NCBI GenBank assembly: GCA_038861545.1
Contig: JAWCCZ010000008.1
Coordinates: forward strand, 1-22,348
Origin: Thermofilaceae archaeon
Lineage (GTDB): Archaea > Thermoproteota > Thermoprotei > Thermofilales > Thermofilaceae
Reading direction: 5' to 3'
Length of the DNA stretch: 22,348 nt
Position 1 is the first letter of the stretch. Every line of letters starts with the position of its first letter. Positions 14,898-22,348 of the stretch are shown in pieces. Below the pieces are notes generated by a model, which made no database searches, was not told the DNA's origin, and saw only the letters and a list, made by a program, of their open reading frames with translations. Position numbers and translations under genes: made by a program.

Positions 14898-16850
14898 GTG
14901 AAACGTGAGTTCTTAGGCATCCTAGTAATCTACCTAATTCATTGTATACTTATTTCCGCAGAACCGAACGAGCTTAAACTGAATATCGTTGAAGTGGAAT
15001 TAGGCATTATCCGCGATGGAGTATTCATACCGCTGCCGGAGAGGATTATTCCAGTTAACGAAGTATTCGCTACCCGAATAGCCGTTACAGTAGTGGGGCC
15101 GCTAAATACAAATTATAATATTTCGCTTACTATTGAAATCGTTCATCCGTTAGGTTTCACTGTAGTCAAGAGTGAGAAAACAGAAGAATCAATTCTAATT
15201 AGAGGAGCCGACAGGTGGGGCTTCAGCTTTGACTATAAGCTGGATAAAAGTCTCCCGACTGGGTACTATACATTAAAGGTGACGGCAAATGCCGGGGCTT
15301 CTACAAAAACAATGTCAAAGCTGTTTTTCATTCAAGGTTATACATCTCTGGAGAACTTCATTGAACTAACATACACTCTTGAATTAAAGGGTAGAGGTTT
15401 TGTTCGCACCTTAACTCTGGCATTACCAAGCGACCCCTCATTTCGCGCAACCATAGGACCTTTAATCTCACCAAAACCAGAGAAAATAGTTCACGATAGC
15501 TTTGGAAACGCTTATGCTTTTTTTGAAAACTTATCTATTGAAAATGACACGCTTAAGATAAACGTATGGCTCGCTGGTAGCCAGCGTTTAACCATTGTAG
15601 ACACGGATGCACCTTTAATTTCCCCGATACCGGTAGATGTTACACGTTTCCTAGAACCTAGCACGTACATTGAGTCGAACCACCCTGACATAGTAGCACT
15701 TGCAATGAAACTAACGAATGGTGTTTCAACGTTTAAGGAAGCTCTTTCAAGGATTGCAGATTACGTATCGACTAACGTAAAGTACAGTGAAGAAATTAGC
15801 TCTTTACCGGGATTTGAAAAACTTGGAGCTCTTTGGACTTTACATGCCAGGAAAGGCATTTGTCTTCACATTTCTCGACTCTATGTAGCTTTAGCTAGAG
15901 CTGCTGGGATACCTGCTAGAGTGGTAGAAGGATTTTCAATTGAACCACCAGGTCTTAATGAAAGCAGGGTTTTACATGCTTACGTTGAAGCTTACATACC
16001 AGGTTATGGATGGATATTGATTGAACCGCAAAAACCAGGTACATATATTAGGGTTATCCCGCCCTCTCCCGGCTACCTCTTACTCGTGAGAGGCAAGGAT
16101 GAAGAGGTCTCATACGAGGGTCCAGCGAAGAGAGCTTTAACATACGCTATAGAGTACGTAGGAGAGATCTCAGCAAGCTTTAGCTACACGGCGTCAATTC
16201 GTTCTATTACTTTACTTGGCGGGAAGCTCGACTTACATATTTCATCTCCGTCATATGCATTTTTCAACGATCAGCTTAACTTACCGATCGTAACCACTCC
16301 GCTTGGTGCGGTATGCGAGGTATTGGTCAGAAGTCCTTCTGGATTTACGTATTACGTTAATGAGTGCAGAATCTTTCAAATAGCATTAAATGAGACCGGA
16401 AATTGGCTTATTGATGTGTTCGCTTCGATGGACGGGTATCTACCATCCTTCAGTAGGGTATACTTAGAAGTAAAACCAAAGCCTATTAACCTTTCACTGG
16501 ATATAGTTGACGCGAGAGTCTTAAGAAGCCCAAGGGTGATTGTGAAGACTCACCCTTCCTCAGCTGGAGTGGGAATAAAGGTATCAGCAAAAACCTGCTA
16601 CGGTAGCATGAGCACTATCGTTCTAACTGGGTTAGAGGGGACAGGTGAGGTAAAGTTAGAGCCTCTTCTACTTCCCTGCGAGTTGATAATTGAGGCGTCG
16701 ATAATATCTGAAGGGTACCAGCAAGCTACGCAGGTGAAACGACTATGGGTTTTACCTTCACCCGAGCTGATAGCTTGCATTACAACAGCTGTCTTAGCCA
16801 CTATGATTTATTTTAGGCTCAAGAAACGCGAACACTCGTTTAAAAGCTAA
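14898..16850 (+). CDS. Secreted, membrane-anchored transglutaminase-like (TGc) domain protein
   Basis: Has an N-terminal signal peptide, FLEPSTYIESNHP, GICLHISRLYVALARAAGIPARVVEG and HAYVEAYIPGYGW. Ends in a TM helix plus basic tail. Confidence 0.88.
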   Translation: MKREFLGILVIYLIHCILISAEPNELKLNIVEVELGIIRDGVFIPLPERIIPVNEVFATRIAVTVVGPLNTNYNISLTIEIVHPLGFTVVKSEKTEESILIRGADRWGFSFDYKLDKSLPTGYYTLKVTANAGASTKTMSKLFFIQGYTSLENFIELTYTLELKGRGFVRTLTLALPSDPSFRATIGPLISPKPEKIVHDSFGNAYAFFENLSIENDTLKINVWLAGSQRLTIVDTDAPLISPIPVDVTRFLEPSTYIESNHPDIVALAMKLTNGVSTFKEALSRIADYVSTNVKYSEEISSLPGFEKLGALWTLHARKGICLHISRLYVALARAAGIPARVVEGFSIEPPGLNESRVLHAYVEAYIPGYGWILIEPQKPGTYIRVIPPSPGYLLLVRGKDEEVSYEGPAKRALTYAIEYVGEISASFSYTASIRSITLLGGKLDLHISSPSYAFFNDQLNLPIVTTPLGAVCEVLVRSPSGFTYYVNECRIFQIALNETGNWLIDVFASMDGYLPSFSRVYLEVKPKPINLSLDIVDARVLRSPRVIVKTHPSSAGVGIKVSAKTCYGSMSTIVLTGLEGTGEVKLEPLLLPCELIIEASIISEGYQQATQVKRLWVLPSPELIACITTAVLATMIYFRLKKREHSFKS

Positions 16851-18275
16851 TCGAGCTAGCTCGCGGAACCACGCGTCAACGAAGTACAAGAAGACGAAAT
16901 ACACTATTGCGCCTATTCCAACTGCTAAAAATGCCTCCCTTATCCTTAGCGGATGAAGTATCCAGGCCACTGTAGACGATAGAAGCGCTGCTGCTGTAAA
17001 GCGTACGATGTTTTTAACAATTCTTGTAAACACGCTTTTCATGCTTAGCCAGTTAATCAGGATGAGAAATGCCAGGGTATCTGCTACGAGCCAAGAGGCG
17101 CGAGCGTATACGGCTGCATTTAATGAATCCTTCGTGAAAGCCAGCACACAAGCTACTCCACCGACTCCCAGTACAACCTTAGCAAACATGAGTGTTTGAA
17201 TCTTAAAAATCCAGCTTTTATAAAGATCCTTTAGAGGGGCTCCCTCAATGTCAGCTCTTTCAAGACCTTGCAGTGTGTCAGAAAGAACTCCACTCATTGA
17301 GCCTATCATTGCTGAGAAAGCCGCTAATCTTAATACTTGCATCGCCGACGAGTACTCAGGTCTGAAAAGGTATAACAGGTTGGGTGCAAGCACTGTAGCT
17401 CCTATGGTGGTGGGAATCGCGAGAAGGAGAGTAAGCTTCAACGCCTCCTCTAACAAGGCGCTTGCATCAGGGTTTTTCTTAGTTATAAGAGCTGGGTACA
17501 GCCCCCTAGCTAGGAAATACGAGTAACTGATTAGATTCATATAAGGGTTTACAACAGTGTAGAAAGCTACTGAAATGTTAGAAGTCAAGGAGGAGAGCAA
17601 TGCTACATCCAAACTCGCAATTAAGGGTGCTACTACGGAGGACACGTTAATTTGAGATAGCGTAATTACTCTTGCGGCAACTTGTCTGCTTGGTTTGTGC
17701 AATATTTCTCTTCTGGAGAAATACGCTAAAGAAACTCCTTGGACAACGTACCCTGCTAGTACGAGGGCCAGTGCTTTTTCTAGGGTGATTTCTCCACGCA
17801 ATGCTAAGGGTACAGCTGCTATGAGCTTCCCACTTTCAAAGCAGATCTCAGATATGGCGGCACCTGAAGGGTTAAGCCCGTAAACAGACGAGTATAACGT
17901 GCTTACAATGTAAAGCATTGGAATATACGCTGCGGAGAGTAGCAAAGCGCTTTGCCTTACATTGAACGTACTGCTTAGCCAGCTGAGGGAAAGCGCATAT
18001 AAAGAGGTGGAAATAGTCGCGAAGCATAAAGAGATAGTTAAACCAGTGGAGGTCGCCGACAGCTCCCCAGCAGCTCTAAGCCTCGTAATCCAATAATTAA
18101 CGAAGGTAGCTGCCGTCGCATAGTTTAGCAAATTAGAAATTACACTCCAAGCTCCATAATCATCCACCGAGAGGTTGCGGGTCACTACTAAGATGAATAA
18201 CGAGCCTACCAGTACACTGTATAGTTTTGAAGCATAGAAGAGTAAGCCTACACGTCGTACACTCAGGATAACCAC
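16794..18275 (-). CDS. MOP-superfamily (Wzx/RfbX/MATE-like) flippase or exporter
   Basis: About 12-14 hydrophobic segments and the motif VTRNLSVDDYGAW. Start is uncertain: the ORF extends to 18323, but GTG 18275 near the NUDIX stop is more plausible. Confidence 0.8.
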   Translation of the reverse strand: MVILSVRRVGLLFYASKLYSVLVGSLFILVVTRNLSVDDYGAWSVISNLLNYATAATFVNYWITRLRAAGELSATSTGLTISLCFATISTSLYALSLSWLSSTFNVRQSALLLSAAYIPMLYIVSTLYSSVYGLNPSGAAISEICFESGKLIAAVPLALRGEITLEKALALVLAGYVVQGVSLAYFSRREILHKPSRQVAARVITLSQINVSSVVAPLIASLDVALLSSLTSNISVAFYTVVNPYMNLISYSYFLARGLYPALITKKNPDASALLEEALKLTLLLAIPTTIGATVLAPNLLYLFRPEYSSAMQVLRLAAFSAMIGSMSGVLSDTLQGLERADIEGAPLKDLYKSWIFKIQTLMFAKVVLGVGGVACVLAFTKDSLNAAVYARASWLVADTLAFLILINWLSMKSVFTRIVKNIVRFTAAALLSSTVAWILHPLRIREAFLAVGIGAIVYFVFLYFVDAWFRELARLAFKRVFAFLEPKINHSG

Positions 18276-18796
18276 CCTTGTAGCTTGCAGAGTAGAAGCG
18301 CGGCAGCGGTTTTCAAGTCGCAAGTTGTACTATCTAGCTGGTTTAAGTACCAGTCCGGGCTGACTTCTACTACTTCCAGTATTTCACTGGACTCTGGGCG
18401 AGGAGCCAGCTTAGAGAGACCACGAGCCGCAAATACATGCATAACTTCATCACTGTACCCAGGTGTGGCGTAAAGCGAAGCGATTTTGACTAAAACCTCA
18501 GCAGTAAAGCCTGTTTCTTCTTCAAGCTCCCTTCTAGCAGCCGAGCTTACCTGCTCCCCGCTTTCCACTTTACCGGCCGGAACTTCAAGCACCCACCCAC
18601 TCACTGCAGCTCTCCACTGTTTAACCATTACTACCCTATTTGGGTTGATTATTGGTACGATGACAACAGCTTCTCCAAAGCGTACAACATCCTTCTCGAA
18701 TAGTTCACATTTATACTCTACTAAACGGCTGTATAGTTTAACCCTTCGCCCCTCAGCTAATAGTTTTTCCGAAACAATGCGTGGTTCGTCTTGCAT
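18263..18796 (-). CDS. NUDIX hydrolase (ADP-ribose pyrophosphatase-like)
   Basis: Has the Nudix box GKVESGEQVSSAARRELEEETG plus KQWR, LEVPAG and TPGYSDE. Confidence 0.93.
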   Translation of the reverse strand: MQDEPRIVSEKLLAEGRRVKLYSRLVEYKCELFEKDVVRFGEAVVIVPIINPNRVVMVKQWRAAVSGWVLEVPAGKVESGEQVSSAARRELEEETGFTAEVLVKIASLYATPGYSDEVMHVFAARGLSKLAPRPESSEILEVVEVSPDWYLNQLDSTTCDLKTAAALLLCKLQGWLS

Positions 18797-18823
18797 GTAC
18801 TCGGTGTATTCTACAAGGTTTAA

Positions 18824-19333
18824 TTACTTGCGCCCCAGCGCTAGGATATGTGGCTCAAAACCAGCCTGTTTAAAGGCTTCAGCCACATACATGACACATT
18901 CATCAATTCCTCCATCGAAACGAAGAAGATGGGAAGTGCACCGAGCCTTGCAGTCAGTATTGCCGAATCCCTTCACACAGTGTTTAAAACCCAGTAATTC
19001 TAATTGTGGGGTGAGTGGACATTCAGTCGATATGTTAAACGAAAATACAATATAGTGTATAGCAACCGATTTTGTAGTCAGATGATCTATATGCCATCTT
19101 ACCTTTTTATTTAACTTTAAGTGTCTTGAAATCCTCGCTGCCAAGCCTCCTGGACCCCTAGCAGAGCCTATGTAAACATAGCATCCGGGTCTGAGTCTCA
19201 ACTCGAATCTACGTGTTTTCAACTCGATTTCATTCAGAACAATTATGACTAACGCGTATACACCGGGAACTACTGGCAACTCAACTTTTAAGCGTGAAGA
19301 CTTCAAGTTTAACCATGCCCCCTGCAACTTCAA
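18824..19333 (-). CDS. GIY-YIG (Uri/DUF123) nuclease family protein
   Basis: Has GVYAL, YVYIGSA, RISRH, WHIDHL, EC and GFGNTDC...SHL. The true start is probably TTG 19279, just after the upstream stop. Confidence 0.88.
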   Translation of the reverse strand: MKLQGAWLNLKSSRLKVELPVVPGVYALVIIVLNEIELKTRRFELRLRPGCYVYIGSARGPGGLAARISRHLKLNKKVRWHIDHLTTKSVAIHYIVFSFNISTECPLTPQLELLGFKHCVKGFGNTDCKARCTSHLLRFDGGIDECVMYVAEAFKQAGFEPHILALGRK

Positions 19334-19538
19334 CAGCCTCCTTGACTAGTTGAATTACAACCCCTGAATATTCTATTAAAAATAAGTTAGCCTTACCTTT
19401 ACTTGGTTCGAGCAATAGCGTGCCAATAAGCCTGCCGTTATACCCTAAAAGGAATTCGTAAGCATGCCACCTCACGTAGAAACCCCGCTTCCTTAATTCT
19501 TGTACTAGGGCTAGCCTCGACTTCAATGTTGAAAGCAT
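19281..19538 (-). CDS. Hypothetical protein (85 aa, alpha/beta)
   Basis: Clean ORF with ATG start and A/T-rich promoter-like sequence upstream. First gene of an apparent four-gene operon. Confidence 0.7.
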   Translation of the reverse strand: MLSTLKSRLALVQELRKRGFYVRWHAYEFLLGYNGRLIGTLLLEPSKGKANLFLIEYSGVVIQLVKEAVEVAGGMVKLEVFTLKS

Positions 19539-19660
19539 GGAAATTAATGCCTCTCACAGGTTTTATACTTTTTATCTCTCAAGTTATCTAGTATTCAACC
19601 AAGCTTTACAGTTAGTTCATGTTATGTTATAATTTTATTAGCAGCTCCTTCACAGATTGA

Positions 19661-20653
19661 ATGATGGGCTGGATACCGTTTGATCGATACGTTACAAGCC
19701 ACGTGGGTAGTTTACCCTCGGAGTATTCTGAAGAAAACTTTGAAAGATGTTTCAAAGATCTCGTTGATGTTGGTTTAGACGTGCCACCTATACCTCAGCT
19801 AAGGGATTTTATATTCATGTACCTTAATCCACTTGTCGAGGCAGGTGTTCTAAGAGTAGATGGCGAACTATATAAAGCGGATTTAAAGATGATCGATGAA
19901 ATAGCTAGTATCACTCCAGTTCTCAGCGAGTTAAAAAGAGCTTCTGAAATAACTGAGCACTTTCAAATCAAGTGGTTGAGAGTTCCTATTACAGGGGCTT
20001 TTACCCTGGCCTCGCGAATTTATCTGGAAGATCCGGCTAAGGGCTTAAAAAGCACAGTGCTTGCTAAACCAGAGCTTGTAGCGCCTCTATCCGAGTATGT
20101 ATCAAAGGTTGTAGCCGAAGCTTCTAGATTAAAGGGATCAGTGATCGTAATAGATGAGCCAGTTCTCGGAAATATCGTCGGACCTCGCGTAATACTTTTT
20201 GGCTATAAGGGGGAGGAGATACTAGAGGTATATAATACAGAGTTAAGGCCAGCACAGGGTCATGTCACTGCAACTCATATATGTGGCCAAGTAAGCGAAC
20301 GTCTTCTAGACATTCTGGCAGAATCTGAACGGCTCAACTTCCTTAATCACGAATTCCACGATACTCAGGTAAATCTAGCATTACCTTGGCGAAAGCTACT
20401 GGAGAGAAGTGATAAAATCTTAAGCCCGGGGGTATTCAGTACTAAGAGGAGAGAAGTAGAGAGCGTTGATGAAATAATTAATTTATCTAGAAAAATTATC
20501 GAAAAAGTTGGGGGAGAGTATGTAAACCTTTTCACAGGTGATTGCGGGCTAAGGGGGTTGAAAGGGACTTTAGGTGCTTATGATATTGCTTTGAAGAAGC
20601 TTAGGAATCTCGTTAGCGCGGTGGACGCACTTAACCGTACGCGCTTAAAATGA
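19661..20653 (+). CDS. Cobalamin-independent methionine synthase catalytic-domain-like protein (Meth_synt_2/UROD-MetE fold)
   Basis: Has TSHVGSLP, PQLRD, PITGAFTLA, IDEP, Zn ligands HIC...E...DCGL and ALKKLRNLV. TTTTATTA TATA upstream. Confidence 0.8.
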   Translation: MMGWIPFDRYVTSHVGSLPSEYSEENFERCFKDLVDVGLDVPPIPQLRDFIFMYLNPLVEAGVLRVDGELYKADLKMIDEIASITPVLSELKRASEITEHFQIKWLRVPITGAFTLASRIYLEDPAKGLKSTVLAKPELVAPLSEYVSKVVAEASRLKGSVIVIDEPVLGNIVGPRVILFGYKGEEILEVYNTELRPAQGHVTATHICGQVSERLLDILAESERLNFLNHEFHDTQVNLALPWRKLLERSDKILSPGVFSTKRREVESVDEIINLSRKIIEKVGGEYVNLFTGDCGLRGLKGTLGAYDIALKKLRNLVSAVDALNRTRLK

Positions 20654-20822
20654 CTGGGAAGTCTCCACAGAAAGGTAACCCGCGTATAGAAATTAACGTT
20701 ATGCTGGCTTAATTCTATTTCGAGACGTTCGTTAAGCAAGATAATTAACTCAAAAAATTTATAAATTGTTATAAGGAACTGTTTTTAATTAACCTTTTTA
20801 ACCCTATATATGTGACATACAT

Positions 20823-21689
20823 ATGGTTTTGAAGGTGGCTTTAGATACAGATATAGGTGATGACATCGATGACGCTTTTGCGATTGCTTTAGCATGCCTT
20901 TCACCCGAGCTAGATTTAGTAGCTGTAACGACGGTGTACGGGGATGTAAAGAAGCGTGCTATTCTTGCTGCCCGACTTCTTAGATCTTTGGGTAAGGAGA
21001 ATATACCAGTTGCATGTGGGGCTTCTCAACCTTTGTTAAACCCTAAGCCAGATAAGCCACCGCTCTACTACTTTCCTTCGGAAACAGATAATAGGTATAC
21101 AAATATCGTGAGTAAACATGCGGTTGACCTGCTGGAGGAACTAGTTGAAGATGAGAAAATCGATGCAATTATCTCTGTAGGTCCTTTAACCAATGTAGCT
21201 CTGTTTTACCTTAAGCGTCCCGATCTTGTTAACCGGGTGAGGCTGTTTTCTATGTGTGGAGCTTTCTTCATAAATACAAGCGAATATAACATCAAGTGCG
21301 ATCCTGAAGCCGCAAGTATAGTGCTTAACGCTGGCTTTAAGAAAACGCTTGTAGGTTTAGATGTAACCCTTAAATGTTCAATAAACCAGGAAATGTTAAA
21401 TGCTCTACGTTTCTCACAGAAGGATTATGGAAAAACATTGTGGTCATATACTGAAACATGGATGAAACAGAGTGGGCATCTTCCAATACTTCATGATCCA
21501 CTTGCAGTTGCCGTTACGTTTAAGCCAGAGATCGTGGAGACCGTGAAAGCCCACGTAAAGGTTGAAACATCAGGCCAATTTACACGGGGATACACAACGT
21601 TAACTAGCGGGGAGCCTAATGCAGAAATTTGTAAAGAAGTCGATGTACAGAGTTTCATGGAACTAATTTCGGAGAGGCTGTTAAGTTAA
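20823..21689 (+). CDS. Inosine/uridine-preferring nucleoside hydrolase
   Basis: Has DTDIGDDIDD, VTTVYGD, GPLTNVA, EYNIKCDPEAA, GLDVT and LHDPLA. Confidence 0.93.
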   Translation: MVLKVALDTDIGDDIDDAFAIALACLSPELDLVAVTTVYGDVKKRAILAARLLRSLGKENIPVACGASQPLLNPKPDKPPLYYFPSETDNRYTNIVSKHAVDLLEELVEDEKIDAIISVGPLTNVALFYLKRPDLVNRVRLFSMCGAFFINTSEYNIKCDPEAASIVLNAGFKKTLVGLDVTLKCSINQEMLNALRFSQKDYGKTLWSYTETWMKQSGHLPILHDPLAVAVTFKPEIVETVKAHVKVETSGQFTRGYTTLTSGEPNAEICKEVDVQSFMELISERLLS

Positions 21690-21860
21690 GCAATATATAT
21701 GTAGCAATCTAGATTTAATTAACGCGCTAAGTAAGGTTGCTATGGCATTCAGCTAGATCTAAGGGGTCAAACTCGCTTACGGGTTTACTTCAGAGTGAGT
21801 TTTAAGTCAATTAAAATAACTAGTAGTATTATGACTAGTAGCCTTTAATAATATTTCGGA

Positions 21861-21875
21861 CAAAATTTATATAAA
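21861..21875 (+). promoter_or_regulatory. BRE/TATA promoter of the downstream membrane protein
   Basis: CAAAA-TTTATATAAA, with TTTATATA ending 23 nt before ATG 21896. Confidence 0.65.
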
Positions 21876-21895
21876 TACTAACAAAAATATCTTCT

Positions 21896-22348
21896 ATGGA
21901 AACCCAAGCAGGCGTAGAGGTAAAAAGCAAATTATCTTTACAGCTTTTCGCTTCACTTGTACTCTTCGGAGCATTCATTGGGATTACAGGTGTTCTTACA
22001 ACACCTTTTGTTCCGGGCTGGCTCGGATGGTCCACGCTTCTGGCTCCAACCTCAGCACCACTAGTTATCCTTTTTATACTTCTCTTGCTTGCCCGGTTTA
22101 CCGGTATCTCTATTTCTTCGCAGAAGCTTGCCCTGTTATTCACGGCTTCCGCAATGGGTGTAGCTTTCTGCTACAGTTGGGTTCCATACGGTATAATACA
22201 CAACTCGGCAGCTTTAAGACAGAACCAGTATAATTGGCATCCGACGAATTGGGCTGTTCCAAATTACTGGGTTTTCGGTCCAATAGTTTCTGATCCAGCG
22301 GAAATGACTCCAATTACTACGGGAGGCCCAGTCCCATTGGATAAATGG
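21896..22348 (+). CDS. Multi-pass membrane protein, probable OPT-like/DUF6785-like transporter (3' truncated, not in ORF track)
   Basis: Open for 151 codons to the window end: METQAGVEVKSKLSLQLFASLVLFGAFIGITG...PLVILFILLLLARF...TTGGPVPLDKW. Contains three hydrophobic segments and follows a TATA box. The family call is tentative. Confidence 0.7.
   Translation, partial: METQAGVEVKSKLSLQLFASLVLFGAFIGITGVLTTPFVPGWLGWSTLLAPTSAPLVILFILLLLARFTGISISSQKLALLFTASAMGVAFCYSWVPYGIIHNSAALRQNQYNWHPTNWAVPNYWVFGPIVSDPAEMTPITTGGPVPLDKW

Noticed and set aside
18486-19055. 189-aa + strand ORF
   Set aside because: Antisense to the NUDIX and GIY-YIG genes, with the Ser/Thr-rich composition typical of shadow frames.
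18824-19333. GIY-YIG gene as a homing endonuclease, mobile element or defence system
   Set aside because: It matches the short, widespread archaeal DUF123-type protein, with no intron, intein, terminal repeats or defence partners visible.
21835-22233. ORFs 21835..22143 (-) and 22027..22233 (+)
   Set aside because: Both overlap the better-supported membrane protein frame starting at 21896.
1-22348. CRISPR arrays, tRNA/rRNA genes, IS elements
   Set aside because: No spaced direct repeats, cloverleaf-like GC-rich segments or transposase/integrase ORFs were seen.

Overview
Gene-dense archaeal chromosomal window. TATA boxes sit about 22-30 nt before start codons, implying many leaderless genes, and GGTG/GGAG Shine-Dalgarno sites occur inside operons. 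The overall style suggests Thermoproteota, possibly Thermofilaceae; this is inference only. From left to right it encodes the end of an ABC-2 exporter operon, superoxide reductase, an FmdE-family protein, a NatAB-like ABC exporter, a small wHTH-like protein, a SWIM zinc-finger protein and DedA. Then comes an ~8 kb alpha-glucan/glycogen cluster (5894-13895), followed by IolB, a surface transglutaminase-like protein, a four-gene hypothetical/GIY-YIG/NUDIX/flippase operon, a single-domain MetE-like enzyme, a nucleoside hydrolase and a truncated membrane transporter that the ORF track missed. The alpha-glucan cluster is the most notable system. It has a GT4 with a duplicated degenerate N-terminal domain, a small wHTH gene on a symmetric bidirectional promoter, three GH57 proteins and a GT5 glycogen synthase. 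One GH57 has lost both catalytic residues and lies tail-to-tail with an intact GH57 carrying a DUF5752-like domain. Two palindromes with NikR-like 6-N16-6 geometry lie at the fmdE 5' end. No rRNA, tRNA, CRISPR array or mobile element was seen.
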